A stretch of 64,000 nt of DNA from contig CAIYVX010000104.1 of NCBI GenBank assembly GCA_903929765.1, positions 2,405 to 66,404 of the forward strand, written 5' to 3'. The DNA comes from an uncultured Planctomycetia bacterium (lineage in GTDB: Bacteria; Planctomycetota; Phycisphaerae; FEN-1346; JAACEH01). The position numbers were made by a program, and so were the translations under genes. How positions within the stretch are numbered: the first letter of the stretch is position 1; the number at the start of each line of letters is the position of its first letter. Under the pieces are notes generated by a model. That model did not search any database and was not told the DNA's origin. It worked only from the letters and a program-made list of their open reading frames with translations. Below are positions 49,160 through 58,666 of the stretch, piece after piece.

Positions 49160-49816
49160 TTAGCGCACCTTCTGGATGCCACGAACTTTACCGGCTTCTT
49201 CAATCACTCTGCCGTACTGCAACCGCCACTGCAACGCGTTCGAGATGGTGAGGTAGCCCTGTTCCGGGGAGGATTTCAGCAGGTCGGCCGCAATCTGCCT
49301 GGCCTCAATGGAATCAACGGGAAGGTTCTTCTCGGTCATAAATGCTAACAGGTCGTCCTCGTTACCTTCATTTTCCAGAATTTGGAGAAGGCCGCGCGTC
49401 ATCTGGAAGTCGGCTGTCCGCCTTGCTTCTACAAAAACTACATGGAGAAAGTCGAGAGTTCCGGTCCTGCCAGCCGGATCGTCTGTTTTATCGTAGACGA
49501 AAACGAGCAGGTTGTAACCAAGACCGAAGATCTTCTGTCGAGCGGACTTGAATGGACACGAGGACTGGGGCTGTGTAATACTCGTGACCTTCATGTCGAC
49601 TGCCAAAGAAGGGAAGTCGATACCCGAGGCCGAGTTACATTCTGAGAATGTGTAGTTCTTCGCCAAGTGGGCCTGGAACTTATGCTCGACATAGGTGCCC
49701 ACGGCCTTACCATCAGTGACGCCATACAATGCGGCCTCGGCGTGTGCCGATTCCTTAACCGCAAAAATCGCCGCCTCCGCCCGTAGCCGCGCGATAGTCA
49801 ACGCCTTCTTTGCCAC
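49160..49816 (-). CDS. type II restriction endonuclease (NspV-like)
   Basis: TDGKAVGTYVEHKF..SGIDFP...VDMKVTS..QPQSSCPF PD-(D/E)xK core resembling my recollection of R.NspV; AAGGAGG RBS before GTG 49816. Confidence 0.75.
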   Translation of the reverse strand: MAKKALTIARLRAEAAIFAVKESAHAEAALYGVTDGKAVGTYVEHKFQAHLAKNYTFSECNSASGIDFPSLAVDMKVTSITQPQSSCPFKSARQKIFGLGYNLLVFVYDKTDDPAGRTGTLDFLHVVFVEARRTADFQMTRGLLQILENEGNEDDLLAFMTEKNLPVDSIEARQIAADLLKSSPEQGYLTISNALQWRLQYGRVIEEAGKVRGIQKVR

Positions 49817-49960
49817 GACGGCCTCCTTATACATCTCACGGAGATTCTAGCACACTGGGGTTGCAGCGCCTATGTGGAACTTTCTCGAACAGGCCCTTGC
49901 GTTCGCGGGCGATAATATGCACAATGATCGCGCCAAGTCGGCCAAGAGGGTTTCAGAGAA

Positions 49961-51700
49961 ATGAATCATCCCGTCTTTCCGTCAACGGCGACCACCCGGA
50001 CGCCGCTGGCGGTCCGGCAGATTATGGTCGTAGTGGCGGCAACGCTGGGCGTTTGCGGCATCGTGCTGGCCTGGAGCGTGGGCGGTCAGCCGACGGTCGG
50101 GGACGAGTCCCATCATTACCATGAGGCGGTCAATTTTTTCCAGGCGCCCTGTTCGGCCATGCGTCTGGTCAACGACCCGGCTTACCCGCCGGACGACGTC
50201 TTCGGCACGCGCTACAGTTACTGGGACGCCTGCGGTTGGCATCTGGGGCTGGCCACGGTCTGGAAGATCGTCGGCCGGTCGTCTCTGATGGCGGCCCAGC
50301 TTTATCAGGCGGCGTTCCTGCTGCTGTTGGGCCTGATGGCCTTTCTGTGCGGCCGGGAACTTAACGGCCCGGCCGGCGGCTGGTGGGCCTGGGCCCTGGC
50401 CATGAGCCTGCCGCTTAACATTCTGCTGGGAATGACTTTCTATCTCGAACTGCCGGCGGCCGCCATGTGCGCCGTGGCCGTCTATGCGATTTTGCGCCGC
50501 CGACCGCTGCTTCTGGCCGTCGGTCTGGCCGGGATGTTTTACATCAAGCAGCCGAGCGCCGCCGTGCTGGCCGGTCCGCTGATCCTGGCGGCGTTTTTCC
50601 ACCTCGGCGACACCTGGCCGCGGCGTCTCGGCCGGACGGCCCTGGCCCTGGTCGTGGCCCTACTGCTTTTGTGGCCGGACTTCGCCTGGCGGATGGCCCA
50701 CTTCGGTCGGGCGGTGATGTTCACCGCGGTGGCACCGCCTCAGACAAAGCTGGACTGGATCGGCACCCAGCTTCCGTCGGGGCAATTCGGTTCCATTCCG
50801 ATGAACATTCTTGATCCGGTCATGGCGGTGGAAACGTTGGGTCTGCCCGGCCTGGCGGCGCTGGCGGCGGCGGTGCTCTGGAGCGTTTGGCTGCTCGGGA
50901 GAGCCGGAATCGGCCTGGTTCGCCGTCTAACCGCCCAAGGCTGGCGGTCCTGGCCGACGGTCTTGCCCGAGCAACTCAGTGGCGAACTGCTGGTGGCCGC
51001 CATTCCGTTGCTCGCCTTCATCGCCGCCTACGTCATCATGTTGCGTCATTCCCCGGACGTTCGCTACTTCTATCCAGGCCTGTTCTTCGTTTTCCTGCTC
51101 GGCGGCGGGCTGCTGGCCCGGACCAATCCCTTCGGACGACTCGGACCGCACCGCCGCCTGGGCCACGTCGCTGCGGTCCTGCTCCTGCTGGCCATGGTCG
51201 GGCAGACGCTGGCCGTGCCACATTACATCCACCAGAAACGCACGCTGCCGCCCACCGTTGCCGCCGGCTTCGACTGGATTCGCCAACACGCGCCGCCCGA
51301 GGCCAGGATCGTCTATCCGGAGTTCAATCTGGTCGCGCTGACCGGTCGGACGATCATTTGGGCCGACCTGATCCCGCAATATTTTTTCAACGTTTCCGAA
51401 CCGCAGCAGATGCGGGAACTCCGTTACCTGAAGGTTCAATACATAGCCGTGCCGCCCAACCGCTTCGTCGCCACGGCCACGCGCACCACCTCCCCGCTCG
51501 GGTATCCGCTCGGCTGGGCTCGCTCGCTTTCCGCGCGGCCGTACCTGACCCGGGATTTCCCCGACCATCCGGTTGAACCCGGCAGCGGTGAGTTTGTTCT
51601 TTATCGGATCGATTGGGACAAAGTGCCGCCGGAGTGGTTGGCCAAGCCGATGACCGCCTATGACAAGAACACGCCGGAAGGCCGGCTCGGCGGGTCGTAG
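49961..51700 (+). CDS. GT-C fold (ArnT/PMT-like) membrane glycosyltransferase
   Basis: First TM helix then GDE, about 12 TM helices, DVRYFYP, C-terminal FDWIRQHAPPEARI soluble domain. Confidence 0.7.
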   Translation: MNHPVFPSTATTRTPLAVRQIMVVVAATLGVCGIVLAWSVGGQPTVGDESHHYHEAVNFFQAPCSAMRLVNDPAYPPDDVFGTRYSYWDACGWHLGLATVWKIVGRSSLMAAQLYQAAFLLLLGLMAFLCGRELNGPAGGWWAWALAMSLPLNILLGMTFYLELPAAAMCAVAVYAILRRRPLLLAVGLAGMFYIKQPSAAVLAGPLILAAFFHLGDTWPRRLGRTALALVVALLLLWPDFAWRMAHFGRAVMFTAVAPPQTKLDWIGTQLPSGQFGSIPMNILDPVMAVETLGLPGLAALAAAVLWSVWLLGRAGIGLVRRLTAQGWRSWPTVLPEQLSGELLVAAIPLLAFIAAYVIMLRHSPDVRYFYPGLFFVFLLGGGLLARTNPFGRLGPHRRLGHVAAVLLLLAMVGQTLAVPHYIHQKRTLPPTVAAGFDWIRQHAPPEARIVYPEFNLVALTGRTIIWADLIPQYFFNVSEPQQMRELRYLKVQYIAVPPNRFVATATRTTSPLGYPLGWARSLSARPYLTRDFPDHPVEPGSGEFVLYRIDWDKVPPEWLAKPMTAYDKNTPEGRLGGS

Positions 51701-51725
51701 AAACGCCTCCGTCTCCAGATAAATC

Positions 51726-51794
51726 CTATTTCAGATTGACGAGCATGAAGATCATGGCCACGGCCTGATCCTGATAGTCGGCCCGGGTTATCGG
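51726..51794 (-). pseudogene. 3' remnant of a SAM methyltransferase paralogous to 3316..3999
   Basis: Translates PITRADYQDQAVAMIFMLVNLK* versus PVARADYQGRAIAMILMRVDLK*; no matching 5' part. Confidence 0.7.
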
Positions 51795-51888
51795 GTGGAT
51801 TCCTGCCCCAACGGCCCTGAGTTGCCAGGTGATCTCCGTCGCTGCGCGCGTCGAAAACCCGGATTTCTGGGGAAAGTAAGGACTCGTC

Positions 51889-52458
51889 CTAAGATTTGCG
51901 TCGCGAACCGATCTGTTTCGCCGGGACGCCGGCCACGATCGACTCGGGAGCCACGTCTTTGGTCACGACGGCGCCGGCGCCGACGATGGCGCCGCGTCCG
52001 ATGGTCACGCCGCCCAGGACGGTGACGTGGCCGCCGAGCCAGGCGCCCTGCTCAATACGAATCGGCCGGCCGCGCATGCCCTGGACCCGAATCGGTCGCG
52101 ACAGGTCTTCCCAGCAATGGTTGGCGTCCACGATGATGGTCTGTGGCCCGATCACCACGTCGTCGCCGATCTCCACCGACTCGTAGGCCGTGATCATGCT
52201 CGATTCGCCCATGTGCACCCGGTCGCCGATGACGATCCGAGCCGTCGGCTCCACCGTATTGACCACCGCAAAGCGCAGCAGACGAAAGTCCCGCCCGATC
52301 TTGATTTGTCCGGCCCGCGAACAGAGCAGCAGCCGCGCCCCGGCGTAAAACCGCGCCCCGCAGGCCATCCGGCCGCCCATGAGGCGGACCAGCACGCGCC
52401 AAAACAGGCCTCGCGCCGCCAGCATGGAGTTTAACACTATATACAGCAATTTTTGCAT
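51889..52458 (-). CDS. left-handed beta-helix (hexapeptide) O-acyltransferase
   Basis: IGDRVHMG, IGDDVVIG, NH, GVTIGRGAIVGAGAVVTKDV..IVAGVPA. Confidence 0.9.
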   Translation of the reverse strand: MQKLLYIVLNSMLAARGLFWRVLVRLMGGRMACGARFYAGARLLLCSRAGQIKIGRDFRLLRFAVVNTVEPTARIVIGDRVHMGESSMITAYESVEIGDDVVIGPQTIIVDANHCWEDLSRPIRVQGMRGRPIRIEQGAWLGGHVTVLGGVTIGRGAIVGAGAVVTKDVAPESIVAGVPAKQIGSRRKS

Positions 52459-52677
52459 TTTGATCCTCTCCACCCCCAGCCCTGGAGCATCCGGGCGGCC
52501 GCGCTACGAAACAGGCCAGTAGCCTATCCCCGGAGAAAAAAAAAGCAAGGCGAAAGTCATTAGCTCTCGTACTCGCCAGCGAAATGTTTGTAAAGCGAAT
52601 TGTCCTTGGATATACTTGGCGTCAGAAAAAGTGACACCCCGTCAATCTGAATGGGACACACTGAGGAACCAGCAAAC

Positions 52678-53268
52678 ATGACCACCGACTTACTTCCCGA
52701 GTCGATACGCCGGGATTACGAAGTTCACGAGTGGAAGCACGCCTGCGCGATTCTCTGCCACGACTTTCCGGAAGAATGGGCCAACATCGTAAACGTGCTA
52801 AGTTGTTTCAAACTGAAGAAAAGCGCGGTCGTTACCCCTGGCGGCGGAAAATCTCCGATCTCCAGCTTTCTGGATGGTGAATTTTTCAAGAGAGGTTGGG
52901 TTAAGAAAAAGTTCACTACCGAGGTTGTGGTCGACGAGGAAAGACACGAGAACCCAACACACGAAATCGACTGCTTCAAAAATCAGATCGCCCTTGAAAT
53001 CGAATGGAACAACAAGGATCCATTCTACGACCGAGATTTAAACAACTTTCGGATTCTTTTCGAACTGAGGGCGATTAGCGTCGGGGTCATAATCACCCGA
53101 TGCGATGAACTCCAAGAGATCTTCGATGCCTTGGGCAAAGGCGAGTCGTATGGTGCGAGCACAACCCATATGTCCAAATTGCTGCCCAGGATAGAGGGCG
53201 GTGGCGCAGGGGGTTGCCCTGTCTTGGTTTTTGGAATTACGAGTCGACGGTACGCTGGAGGAAAGTAG
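52678..53268 (+). CDS. BglII/BstYI-family restriction endonuclease
   Basis: PGGGKS, THEIDCFKNQIALEIEWNNKDPFYDRDLNNFR, YGASTTH. Confidence 0.85.
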   Translation: MTTDLLPESIRRDYEVHEWKHACAILCHDFPEEWANIVNVLSCFKLKKSAVVTPGGGKSPISSFLDGEFFKRGWVKKKFTTEVVVDEERHENPTHEIDCFKNQIALEIEWNNKDPFYDRDLNNFRILFELRAISVGVIITRCDELQEIFDALGKGESYGASTTHMSKLLPRIEGGGAGGCPVLVFGITSRRYAGGK

Positions 53269-53270
53269 CC

Positions 53271-53957
53271 ATGATCAAGATGGCCAATGCGGTAAGTGCG
53301 GCCGACGACTTGCTGAATTGGGCCGATGGCCGACGGTTTTCAACTATTCTCGCCGACCCGCCTTGGCGCTTTTCCAACCGTAGCGGCAAAATGGCCCCAG
53401 AGCATCGGCGGCTTATGCGATACTCCACTATGAGCCTCAGGGAGATTCTGGAGTTGCCCGTGGCCCAGGTCGCGGAGAAGGCTAGTCACCTTTACCTCTG
53501 GGTTCCCAACGCCTTGATCGCAGAAGGCCTTGAAGTCATGGAACGGTGGGGTTTCCAGTACAAAACTAATCTGGTCTGGTACAAGGTTCGGAAAGACGGA
53601 GGCCCGGACGGGCGTGGCGTGGGCTTTTATTTCCGTAATGTAACAGAGATGGTGCTGTTCGGAATCCGGGGTCGCATGCGGACTCTGCCGGCAGGCCGTA
53701 GACAGGTAAATATCACCATCAGCAGAAAAAGGGAACACTCGCGAAAGCCAGATGAGCTATACGACATTATCGAACAATGCAGCCCCGGGCCATATCTTGA
53801 AATGTTCGCCCGCCACAACAGATCCGGATGGACGCAGTGGGGAAATGAGGTATCGGAGTCGCGAACCATCATTCCACTGAAGTCGGCACAGGACAAATTG
53901 CCCTTTGCCACGGTGTCCGATCATGGAACGCGGAAGCGAACAGCGGGCGGCATGTGA
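53271..53957 (+). CDS. MT-A70 family adenine methyltransferase
   Basis: ILADPPW, HLYLWVPN, WGFQYKT, FRNVTE, REHSRKP, LEMFAR, WGNE. Confidence 0.9.
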   Translation: MIKMANAVSAADDLLNWADGRRFSTILADPPWRFSNRSGKMAPEHRRLMRYSTMSLREILELPVAQVAEKASHLYLWVPNALIAEGLEVMERWGFQYKTNLVWYKVRKDGGPDGRGVGFYFRNVTEMVLFGIRGRMRTLPAGRRQVNITISRKREHSRKPDELYDIIEQCSPGPYLEMFARHNRSGWTQWGNEVSESRTIIPLKSAQDKLPFATVSDHGTRKRTAGGM

Positions 53958-53967
53958 TTTCAACCAT

Positions 53968-54027
53968 CGCCCGCGCGGCTTCTTCGTCGCCTTCGACTAC
54001 ACCTCCGACGCCATGGCCGAGATCGAC
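53968..54027 (+). pseudogene. short remnant resembling an Mrr-like endonuclease C-terminus
   Basis: RPRGFFVAFDYTSDAMAEID, with GC-rich codons unlike its flanks; no start context. Confidence 0.4.
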
Positions 54028-54352
54028 ACGGCCCTGCCCGCTTCAGCAGTCTCAACGGCAACGGAAACAACAACACGGGTGACATATATTTCGCCCCGAC
54101 AACAACGGCCGGACAGGCGGCTTTAACTTCCGCTTTCCCGCCCTGGCAACTTCTGGCCCAGCTTAGACCCGATAATTCTTCTCCCGCGCAACCCATTGCC
54201 CTGCCTATAGTTACATCATCTCCGCCGGTTTTATGCTGCATTTATTTGCCCCGACCACTGTTTTGGGCCATAATTGAGGTAGAGAACGCCGCCGGCGGGA
54301 GGCCGGTCGGGCGGAGAGTCCCTGTGTGGCCAATTGCTCGGAGAGCGTCGTA

Positions 54353-57300
54353 ATGCGCCGCCGGAGCGTGCTCATATTCTTGCTGCTGCTTCTGACGGCC
54401 GCACCGGCCTTGGCCGGGGGCGGGCCGCAGAATGTCCTGGTGGTCTACAATCCGCAATTTCCGCAATCGCAGGCCATCGCCCTGCACTATCAGGCGGCGC
54501 GGCACATTCCCGCCGACAACATGCTCTCGCTCAGCCTCTCGCTAAACACCCTGAAGGCCAACACATATTATCCGCTCACGTCCTCCGGCCCCAACAGCGA
54601 CGACGACACGGGGCTGATGATGACCATCACCGAATTCACCACCTCCGTCTACACCCCCATCGTCAACTATCTCGCCGCAAAGGGCCTCTCGAACCAGGTT
54701 TACATTCTGGTGCTGTGCGAGGGCGTGCCGTGGCGGATGTGGCCGTTTGCGCCGGAAACGGCCAACCTTAACTCCTATCCCCGCTTTTTGCCCTATTTCG
54801 ACAACACCGAACTGGGCTCGGAGGCCTGGGTTGACACGGCCCTGGCCCGGTTTACCCTCTCGAACCTTCCGCCGGCCAACCTAGCGAGCATCTCGGACTC
54901 GAACAGTCCGCTCTACCCCGGCTACACTTCCTATTACTCCACCAACGACGCCTTCCGACCGGCCACCTGGACCGTCCCCACCTACACCTCCACGTCCGGC
55001 TATGGGCAGGTGAACGCGCCCATACCATTTCTGGTCTCCATGCTTTACGGCTATTTCGCCGGCGACTGGTCCAACGGCCAGAACCTGGTCAACGACGCCA
55101 TCGACCTCAGCGTGTCGGGCGACGCCGCCTTCCCCCAGAGTACCTTCCTCTTTCTCAAGAATGACGATTACGGCAGTGGACTACGCAGTTGCCGCAGTAC
55201 TTATTACTGGATCGAAGCCGAGACGATGCGGCAGAAAGGCTTTGGCGCTTTAGTCGATTACGTCACCGGCGCGAACCTGCCCACCTATCAGCCCTGGACC
55301 GAGACCGGTTTCAAGGGGTCGGTCATGGGCGTCACCATGGGCCAGCAGGAAATTAACGAGCCCGGCGTCTCCGGCACCACCGCCTACGTCTGGTCCGCCG
55401 CCCACGGCTGGCCCTGGGCCAAAGGCGCCTACGCCGAGACCCTGACCTCCTTCGGCGGCTATTTCCTCAGCGATTACCAGGCCGGCCGCGGCCAGTCCGG
55501 CTGGTGGCACACCACCCCCGAATGTTTCCTGGCCGGCGGGGCCAGCGCCGGCTTCGGCACCGGAAAAGAACCCGGCCTGGTCTACTACAGCCATTACCAT
55601 TGGGATTTCACTGAACTCATGGCTCAATTTCCCTTGCCGCTCCAGTTCCGCCGTTATGCCGACGGTTTCAGCTATGTCGAGGTGATGTACCAGTCACTGG
55701 CGCAAATCCGCGACGCCACGATTGTCGGCGATCCCCTGGCGGCGCCGTTCGCCAAGCGGCCTTCCGTTTCCGTCTCCGGCCTGCCGACCGTGGTTTACCA
55801 GGGTTCCACAATCTCCGCCTCGGCCACGGCCGCGCCCTTTCAAAACGGCACAAACAACGGAAAATCAGTCCAGCGCCTCGACGCTTACCTCGACGGACAT
55901 TACCTGGCTTCCTACGTCCCCACCTGTCCGGCCGGAAACACGGTCAGCGTCACCATCAGCGGCCACAGTGTTTCCTACACCACCACCGGCGGCGAGACCA
56001 GGGCGGACATTTTCACCAAACTCAAGAACGCCATCAACGCCAACTTCTCCAGTTCCCTGGCCGCTACGACCGCCGACCTGGCCTGGTACGACAACATCGA
56101 CACGGCGGACCTGGCCCAGCCGCCGTACAACGGCGACCCGCAGGGCAACCCGACCTCGGGACAACTGATGCTCCTGACGCAGTTGCGCGGCTCGGCCGGC
56201 AACGGTTTTTCCTGCACCGCTTCACTGACCGCGCCCGCCGGAGGGAATTTCGCCCGGCCCTCCTGGCTCGCCCCCGCCACCTACGGCGGAACGCAGTGGG
56301 CCAACCCCATGCTGTTCACCAAAAATCGTTCCACCGGCGCCTACACCTGGCCCGAACCGACCACCGGCGCCGACAACCTCGAAGTGCAGGTCGCGCTTAA
56401 CGGGTCGAACCGGCGCGCCAACAACAACGAGACTCTGACCGTCCTTTTCCAGTCGAGCGATCTGGTGACCTCGGGCAGCGGACTTGTCACCATCTCGGAT
56501 ACTGCCGTCCTGAACGACCCTAATGGCCTCAATGCCGCGGCCGCGCAAATCGCCCAGGAGATGGCGGACATCAGCCATGGGCAATACGGCGTGGACTCTA
56601 CCGGTTCCGGCGTCCAGGCCGTCGGCCGGACCCCGGCCTCAACTTTCATCATCTACCATCCGACCACCTCGGCCAGCCCCTTCACCGTCAGCCTGACGCC
56701 CTCGCCGCTGCCGCTCATTTCGCCGGACGCCAACGGCACCACCTTCGCCCAGACCTCCAACGGCGGACCGGGCCTCAACTATCTCTACCTCGACCTCGGC
56801 CCCGACACGCTCTCGCACACGTTCACCATCAACACCACGACCCTGGCCTTCGGCCCGCACGAGTTGCAGATCGTCGGCGTCGATGGCGGGGCGGCCGAGG
56901 CCCAGGGCTACGCTTACGTCAATTTCCAGTATGAGCCCAACACGCTGACCGTCGCGACCCCGTCCGGCGGCGGCGTTGTCGTCACGCCCAGCCAAGCCTC
57001 ATACACGCCCGGCACGCCCGTCCAGATCGTCGCCACGGCCGCCTTCGGCTACACCTTTGCCGGCTGGTTCGTCAACAGCGGCACGCTCGTTAATTACCTG
57101 GCGTCCACCACCACGCTGGACGTGGCCGGCGGGTGCGTCCTGACGGCCAGCTTCACGGCCGACACGCTCTCGGTCACGGCCACCGCCTCGGCCGCATGGG
57201 TCTATCAGAACACGCCTTTGACGACCAAAGACCGCCACGCGGTCGCCCTGACGCTAAGCGTCACCGACACCTGGGGCAACCACAGCTACTCCGTGACCGT

Positions 57301-57745
57301 CAGCCAGGACGGCGCCGCCGGAGTCGTCACGCCCACGGCCAGTTGGACCAGCGGCACGCTGGTCACGCCGACCGGCTCCGCCACGGTGGCCTGGAGCGTT
57401 TCGGCCGCGGCCGACCTGTCCGCCTGGCTCGTCGGCGGCCGCCGCCAGGCGGACGGTTACGACGGCACCGGACCCTGCACCATCACCATCCGGCTCGCCG
57501 GCGACGTCACGCCCGCCGACCAGGCGGCCAGCCTCCAATTTGTCCTCATCGTTCGCCCGCTCGGCGACATCACCGACGACGGCGCCGTCACCACCGCCGA
57601 CCGCGTCCTGCTGAGGAAACATTTCAATGGCCTGCCCACGCCCGGCCAGACCGCCGAGGACTTCCGTCTAGACGGCGACGGCTCGGTCACCACCGCCGAC
57701 CTCAACATCTTGAACACCGTCCTCGACAACTTCTCTGTCCCCTGA
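54353..57745 (+). CDS. secreted TIGR03790-like protein (third paralog) with an InlB-B-like repeat and a dockerin-like tail
   Basis: GGGPQNVLVVYN..., ETLTSFGG, IVGDPLAAPF; GYTFAGW repeat; C-terminal LGDITDDGAVTTAD...LDGDGSVTTAD. Confidence 0.75.
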   Translation: MRRRSVLIFLLLLLTAAPALAGGGPQNVLVVYNPQFPQSQAIALHYQAARHIPADNMLSLSLSLNTLKANTYYPLTSSGPNSDDDTGLMMTITEFTTSVYTPIVNYLAAKGLSNQVYILVLCEGVPWRMWPFAPETANLNSYPRFLPYFDNTELGSEAWVDTALARFTLSNLPPANLASISDSNSPLYPGYTSYYSTNDAFRPATWTVPTYTSTSGYGQVNAPIPFLVSMLYGYFAGDWSNGQNLVNDAIDLSVSGDAAFPQSTFLFLKNDDYGSGLRSCRSTYYWIEAETMRQKGFGALVDYVTGANLPTYQPWTETGFKGSVMGVTMGQQEINEPGVSGTTAYVWSAAHGWPWAKGAYAETLTSFGGYFLSDYQAGRGQSGWWHTTPECFLAGGASAGFGTGKEPGLVYYSHYHWDFTELMAQFPLPLQFRRYADGFSYVEVMYQSLAQIRDATIVGDPLAAPFAKRPSVSVSGLPTVVYQGSTISASATAAPFQNGTNNGKSVQRLDAYLDGHYLASYVPTCPAGNTVSVTISGHSVSYTTTGGETRADIFTKLKNAINANFSSSLAATTADLAWYDNIDTADLAQPPYNGDPQGNPTSGQLMLLTQLRGSAGNGFSCTASLTAPAGGNFARPSWLAPATYGGTQWANPMLFTKNRSTGAYTWPEPTTGADNLEVQVALNGSNRRANNNETLTVLFQSSDLVTSGSGLVTISDTAVLNDPNGLNAAAAQIAQEMADISHGQYGVDSTGSGVQAVGRTPASTFIIYHPTTSASPFTVSLTPSPLPLISPDANGTTFAQTSNGGPGLNYLYLDLGPDTLSHTFTINTTTLAFGPHELQIVGVDGGAAEAQGYAYVNFQYEPNTLTVATPSGGGVVVTPSQASYTPGTPVQIVATAAFGYTFAGWFVNSGTLVNYLASTTTLDVAGGCVLTASFTADTLSVTATASAAWVYQNTPLTTKDRHAVALTLSVTDTWGNHSYSVTVSQDGAAGVVTPTASWTSGTLVTPTGSATVAWSVSAAADLSAWLVGGRRQADGYDGTGPCTITIRLAGDVTPADQAASLQFVLIVRPLGDITDDGAVTTADRVLLRKHFNGLPTPGQTAEDFRLDGDGSVTTADLNILNTVLDNFSVP

Positions 57746-57800
57746 CCGGCGGCTTGACTTGCAACCACCAAGGCGGCCGCTATAATAAAACCCGGTCCTC

Positions 57801-58598
57801 ATGCCGGAGAAAATCTTGCTGCGCTTCGCCGTGCCATCTTCCGTTCTCGCCGTCCTGCTCCTGGCCGTGGGCGGGTGTACGCCGCCGCTGCTGAACAAGA
57901 ACGACGACAAGGTTTTCACCTCCGGTTACGACGACTATCAGGCCGGACGCTACAAGGACGCCGACCGGAAGTTCTCCGAGGTGGTGGCCGACAATCCGCA
58001 GAGCGCCGCCCTGTCGGAAGTCTATTATTTTCGCGGCCTGACCCGCCTCCAGGAGTCCCGCCGCAACGAGGCCCGGGCCGATTTCCAAGCCGGGGCTACG
58101 CACTATGGCCGCGAACTGACCCAGATTTACAGTATGACTTGCCTGGCCAACATGGAATATGAGGACGGGCACGACCAGCAGGCCGTGCCGCTCTACCGGA
58201 CCGTGCTGGAACATCCGGTGCCCGGCCTGCCGACCGACAAAATCCTGTACCGTCTGGGCGTCAGCCTCCAGCGCCTCGGCCGGTGGAACGAGGCCGACGA
58301 AACCTTCGCCCGGCTGCTGAAGGACCACTCCGACTCGCCGCTGGCGGCGGAGGCCCGCATCCGGACGCAGGCCGACTCGTTCACCCTCCAGGCCGGGGCC
58401 TTCACCGACCGGGCCAAGGCTGCGACCCTGGCCGCCCGCCTGCGTCAGGACGGCTACCCGGTGGTCCTGGCCGTCGTCGCCGCCGGAGGAAAAACCTTCC
58501 ACGTCGTCAACGTCGGCCACTACCACACCGCCGCCGAAGCCCAGGCCGCCTCCACCCGCCTGGCCGGTAAAGGGTACCACTGCATCATGCGGCCGTAA
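57801..58598 (+). CDS. TPR + SPOR domain lipoprotein
   Basis: Lipobox AVGGC, TPR helices, C-terminal FTLQAGAF...VNVGHY SPOR domain; TATAAT 14 nt upstream. Confidence 0.8.
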   Translation: MPEKILLRFAVPSSVLAVLLLAVGGCTPPLLNKNDDKVFTSGYDDYQAGRYKDADRKFSEVVADNPQSAALSEVYYFRGLTRLQESRRNEARADFQAGATHYGRELTQIYSMTCLANMEYEDGHDQQAVPLYRTVLEHPVPGLPTDKILYRLGVSLQRLGRWNEADETFARLLKDHSDSPLAAEARIRTQADSFTLQAGAFTDRAKAATLAARLRQDGYPVVLAVVAAGGKTFHVVNVGHYHTAAEAQAASTRLAGKGYHCIMRP

Positions 58599-58666
58599 AA
58601 GAAAGTAGCCGGTGAGGGAGAAAACCCCGACTACCTTCCACGAAAACCAATCTTCATTCATCGAAC

